This document shows positions 46,219 to 49,416 of a stretch of 49,416 nt of DNA, piece by piece. The position numbers were made by a program, and so were the translations under genes. The DNA comes from Leucoraja ocellata (taxonomy: Eukaryota), in the NCBI GenBank assembly GCA_036785375.1, contig JAWMAR010004485.1, positions 1 through 49,416 on the forward strand, in the 5' to 3' direction. Position 1 is the stretch's first letter. Each line of letters starts with the position of its first letter. Below the pieces are notes generated by a model. The model was not told where the DNA came from. It saw only the letters and a list, made by a program, of their open reading frames with translations, and searched no databases.

Positions 46219-48889
46219 CTGAAAATCAAACACACTTCTGTAACGTGCGGGAAGGAACTGCAGGTGCTGATTTAAACCGAAGATAGACACAAAAAAGCTG
46301 GAGTAACTCAGCGGGACAGGCAGCATCTCTGGAGAGAAGGAATAGGTCCCCGTTGAGTTACTCCAGGTTTTGTGTGCGTTAAATTTCCACAACGGTCTCG
46401 CTGAGTTGTGTTTAGTTTAGTTGAGAGATACAGCAGGTAAACAGGTCCTTCGGCCCATCGAGTCCATCGACGAGGAGGATTATTGGGAGACCAGTAAATA
46501 TTCCATCTGATGAGCCGTCAACCCATGGAGATAAAGATTCACGTTAAACTATTAAATGATTCGAGAGACAGCGTTGATGAAAAGTCTTTTACCCAAATGT
46601 TGCTGGGGATGGGACGAGAGGCAGAGGCCACATTTATACAACGCCCGGGTACTCCTGGAGATCTGGGCGGCGGAGTCAGTGGAGGAAACTGGCAGCTCTT
46701 TATTCACCAACGTGAGAACAGACAGTCAAATAACCCCCTGTTAAATTATTCCTACGCAATCAGGGGATATGGGGAGAAGGCAGGAACGGGGTACTGATTT
46801 TGGATGATCAGCCATGATCATATTGAATGGCGGTGCCGGCTCGAAGGGCCGAATGGCCTCTACTCCTGCACCTATTTTCTATGTTTCTATGTTGTCAGTA
46901 TAGGAGTAAAGAGGTTCTTCTGCAGTTGTACAGGGCTCTGGTGAGACCACATCTGGAGTGTTGTGTACAGTTTTGGTCCCCTAATTTGAGGAAGGACATC
47001 CTTGTGATTGAGGCAGTGCAGCGTAGGTTCACCAGATTGATCCCTGGGATGGTGGGACTGTCATATGAGGAAATATTGAAAAGACTAGGCTTGTATTCAC
47101 TGGAGTTTAGAAGGATGAGGGGGAGTCTTATAGAAACATATAAAATTATAAAAGGACTGGACAAGCTAGATGCAGGAAAAATGTTCCCAATGTTGGGCGA
47201 GTCCAGAACCAGGGGCCACAGTCTTAGAATAAAGGGGAGGCCATTTAAGACTGAGGTGAGAAAAAACCTTTTCACCCAGAGAGTTGTGAATCTGTGGAAT
47301 TCCCTGCCACAGAGGGCAGTGGAGGCCAAGTCACTGGATGGATTTAAGAGAGAGTTAGATAGAGCTCTAGGGGCTAGTGGAGTCAAGGGATATGGGGAGA
47401 AGGCAGGCACGGTTTATTGATTGGGGACGATCAGCCATGATCACAATGAATGGCGGTGCTGGCTCGAAGGGCCTAATGGCCTCCTCCAGCACCTATTTTC
47501 TATGTTTCTATGAATAGTTAGATTCTACCATACCTTTCTGAGCGGCAACACCGTGGCTGGTCAGATTTCCCGCGACGCAGGTACAGACGGCGCCGCTGAG
47601 CCAACGTTCCGCCGAGATTTGGAATCGGCTTCGAACACTGTAGCTCCCGTCCGGGTCAAATGTCCCGGAGTCGACCAGGCCTTTGCTAACGTCTCCCGAA
47701 ATATTCCAGTGGATTTGCACGGAATCGGAAGACACGCCCCTCACCACACAGACCAGCGGCACAGGTTGGGTCTGGTGAATCTCGCCCGATGGCGGCGACA
47801 ACAGGAATATGGTTACAGGACCCGCTAGAGCAGGGAAAGTCAACAACGCGGTGTTAGAGGTTGATATTGGAGTAATTCAGCGGGACAGGCAGCATCTCTA
47901 GAGAGAAGGAATTGGTTCCGTGTCGTGTCGAGACCTCTCATCTGGTCAGTCTGAAGAAGCATGACCCATTCCTTCTCTCCAGAGACGCTGCCTGTCCCGC
48001 TGAGTTACTCTAGCATCTTATGTCAATCCTCGGTTTAAACCAGCATCTGCAGTTCCTCCTTACACAGTTTACTAATCATGCTTTAAGGAGGGCGAGGGGA
48101 GATCTTATAGAGGTGTATACATTCATGAGAGGAATAGATCGGGTAGACGCACAGAGTCTCCTGCCCAGAGTTGGGGAATCGAGGACCAGAGGACATGGGC
48201 TTAAGGTGAAAAGGAAAAGATTTAAAAGGAATCTGAAGAGTATTTTTTTCACACAAAGAACGGGTGGTGGGTGTGTGGAACGAGCTGCCAGGTGAGGTAG
48301 TTGAGACTGGGACTATCACAACGTTTAATAAAGAGTTAGACAGGTACATTCATGGGACAGGTTCGGGGGTATATGGAGCAAAGGCGGGCAGGTGAGACTA
48401 GTGTAGCTGGGATATGTTGGCCGGTGTGGGCAAGTTGGGCAGAAGGGCCTGTTTACATGCTGTATCATTCTATAACTAAATGACCCTATGACATTCACAT
48501 CCAATGGGATACTACCTGTAACAGACAGCAAGAGCCCAGAACATGGAGGTAATGTTTACAACCTGTCACCACCAGCTTGGATCCATTGCCAAATCTTCTG
48601 TCGAGCTGAGTAGCGCAGACGTAAATCCCGGAATCATTTTGTTGGACATTCTCGATCACCAGGGCATAATTGCCTGGATCTTTGTGCAAAATTCCCGAGA
48701 ATCTTCCCTCCGGAGGCATGTATTTTGCCGTTTTGTAAACGAACTGCAGACGCCCTCGGCCGCGCTGTGTGAACCAGTATATCGACGCCCCGGGATACAC
48801 GCTCACATTCGGGCTGCAGATCAGAACCGCCCGGTCCCCGACACGAACGGTGACAACGGCCGGGGACTGGAACATGGATGTCCGAGACA
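46099..48889 (-). CDS. Gene C: non-rearranging VJ-C1-TM receptor (leader not found, probably outside the window; tail unresolved)
   Basis: VJ 48889-48563, C1 47824-47534, TM 46218 (or 46212)-46099; all open, GT-AG, phase 1. Confidence 0.85.
46757..47510 (+). mobile_element. CR1 LINE 3' ends in the gene C C-TM intron
   Basis: ORF 46827-47420 with CR1 C-terminal motifs. Confidence 0.88.
47534..47824 (-). CDS. Gene C C1-like exon
   Basis: PVTIFLLSPPSGEI..LVCVVRG..HWNISG..DGSYSVRSRF..WLSGAVCTC; 291 nt. Confidence 0.9.
48563..48889 (-). CDS. Gene C germline-joined VJ exon
   Basis: FQSPAVVTVRVGDRAVLIC..IYWFTQ..GRFSG..NDSGIYVCATQLDRRFGNGSKLVVT; 327 nt. Confidence 0.93.
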
Positions 48890-49021
48890 CTGAAACAGGG
48901 AAATAGAGGAACGTTTCACTACAGATCGCGGTGTCGACGGCGCCTTGTTGTTGGACCCAGAAGCCAAGACCATGTGGAGAAATCTGGCTCATCCGGTGCC
49001 ATTCAAATAGCCCGTTCCCTT

Positions 49022-49255
49022 CATAGAAACATAGGTGCAAGAGTAGAGGCCATTCGGCCCTTCGAGCCTGCACCATTCGCCATTCAATATGATCATGGCT
49101 CATCATCCAACTCAGTATCCTGTACCTGCCTTCTCTCCATACCCCCTGATCCCTTTAGCCACAAGGGCAACATCTAACTCCCTCTTAAATATAGCCTGGC
49201 CTCAACTACCTTCTGTGGCAGAGAGTTCCAGAGATTCACCACTCTCTGTGTGTTA
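49022..49255 (-). mobile_element. CR1 LINE 3' end
   Basis: Same family sequence. Confidence 0.8.
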
Positions 49256-49416
49256 AAAATAATTCACCGCCGGTTGATTTACCGCCCAGAACCTGACATT
49301 TCTTTGTGAATAACATCGAACTGTGATTTCAAATCCATTTTACAAAACGAACATTTCCACTATAGTTTGGTTCACAAAATCCCTGCTCAGGCCGCGCTAA
49401 CCGATGCTAATATTCT

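Noticed and set aside
25875-48889. Rearranging IgL or TCR locus
   Set aside because: V and J are in single exons, no heptamer/nonamer was seen at their ends, no separate J segments were found, and the genes have TM exons with their own tails.
49280-49320. MLFTKKCQVLG-G|gtaaat as gene C leader
   Set aside because: Phase fits but it is too short and polar for a signal peptide; the leader is probably beyond the window.

Overview
Repeat-dense vertebrate genomic DNA, most likely from a cartilaginous fish (ray/skate-like; inferred from a V-SINE/HE1-type SINE, CR1 LINEs with (CATAGAAA)n tails and Penelope-derived repeats). It has four N-gaps (11339-11469, 24322-24521, 36641-37098, 41533-41943). The first ~24 kb is mostly transposon debris: a foldback inverted repeat, an L1/Tx1 3' end, a decayed DIRS1 element carrying a U1 snRNA copy, BEL/Pao, Rex1/Babar, CR1, Penelope and several minisatellites. 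From ~25.8 kb to the end there is a cluster of non-rearranging antigen-receptor-like Ig-superfamily genes, reconstructed here by hand from splice sites. The shared plan is leader / germline-joined VJ exon (FGxG motif, no RSS) / C1-like exon with an unusual CxC / stalk-Cys + TM exon / short cytoplasmic exons ending in a tyrosine motif. Gene B (- strand, 33799-41035) reads as an intact 307-aa protein with a TM Arg and TVYAGL. Gene A (+ strand, 25875-30252) ends in IVYASL (ITIM) but needs six single-base insertions, probably assembly errors. Gene C (- strand) has intact VJ, C and TM exons; its leader and tail are unresolved. A TM-exon-only remnant (20636-20721) lies in an inverted duplication of the gene A region. 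All gene models are manual inferences; no searches were run.
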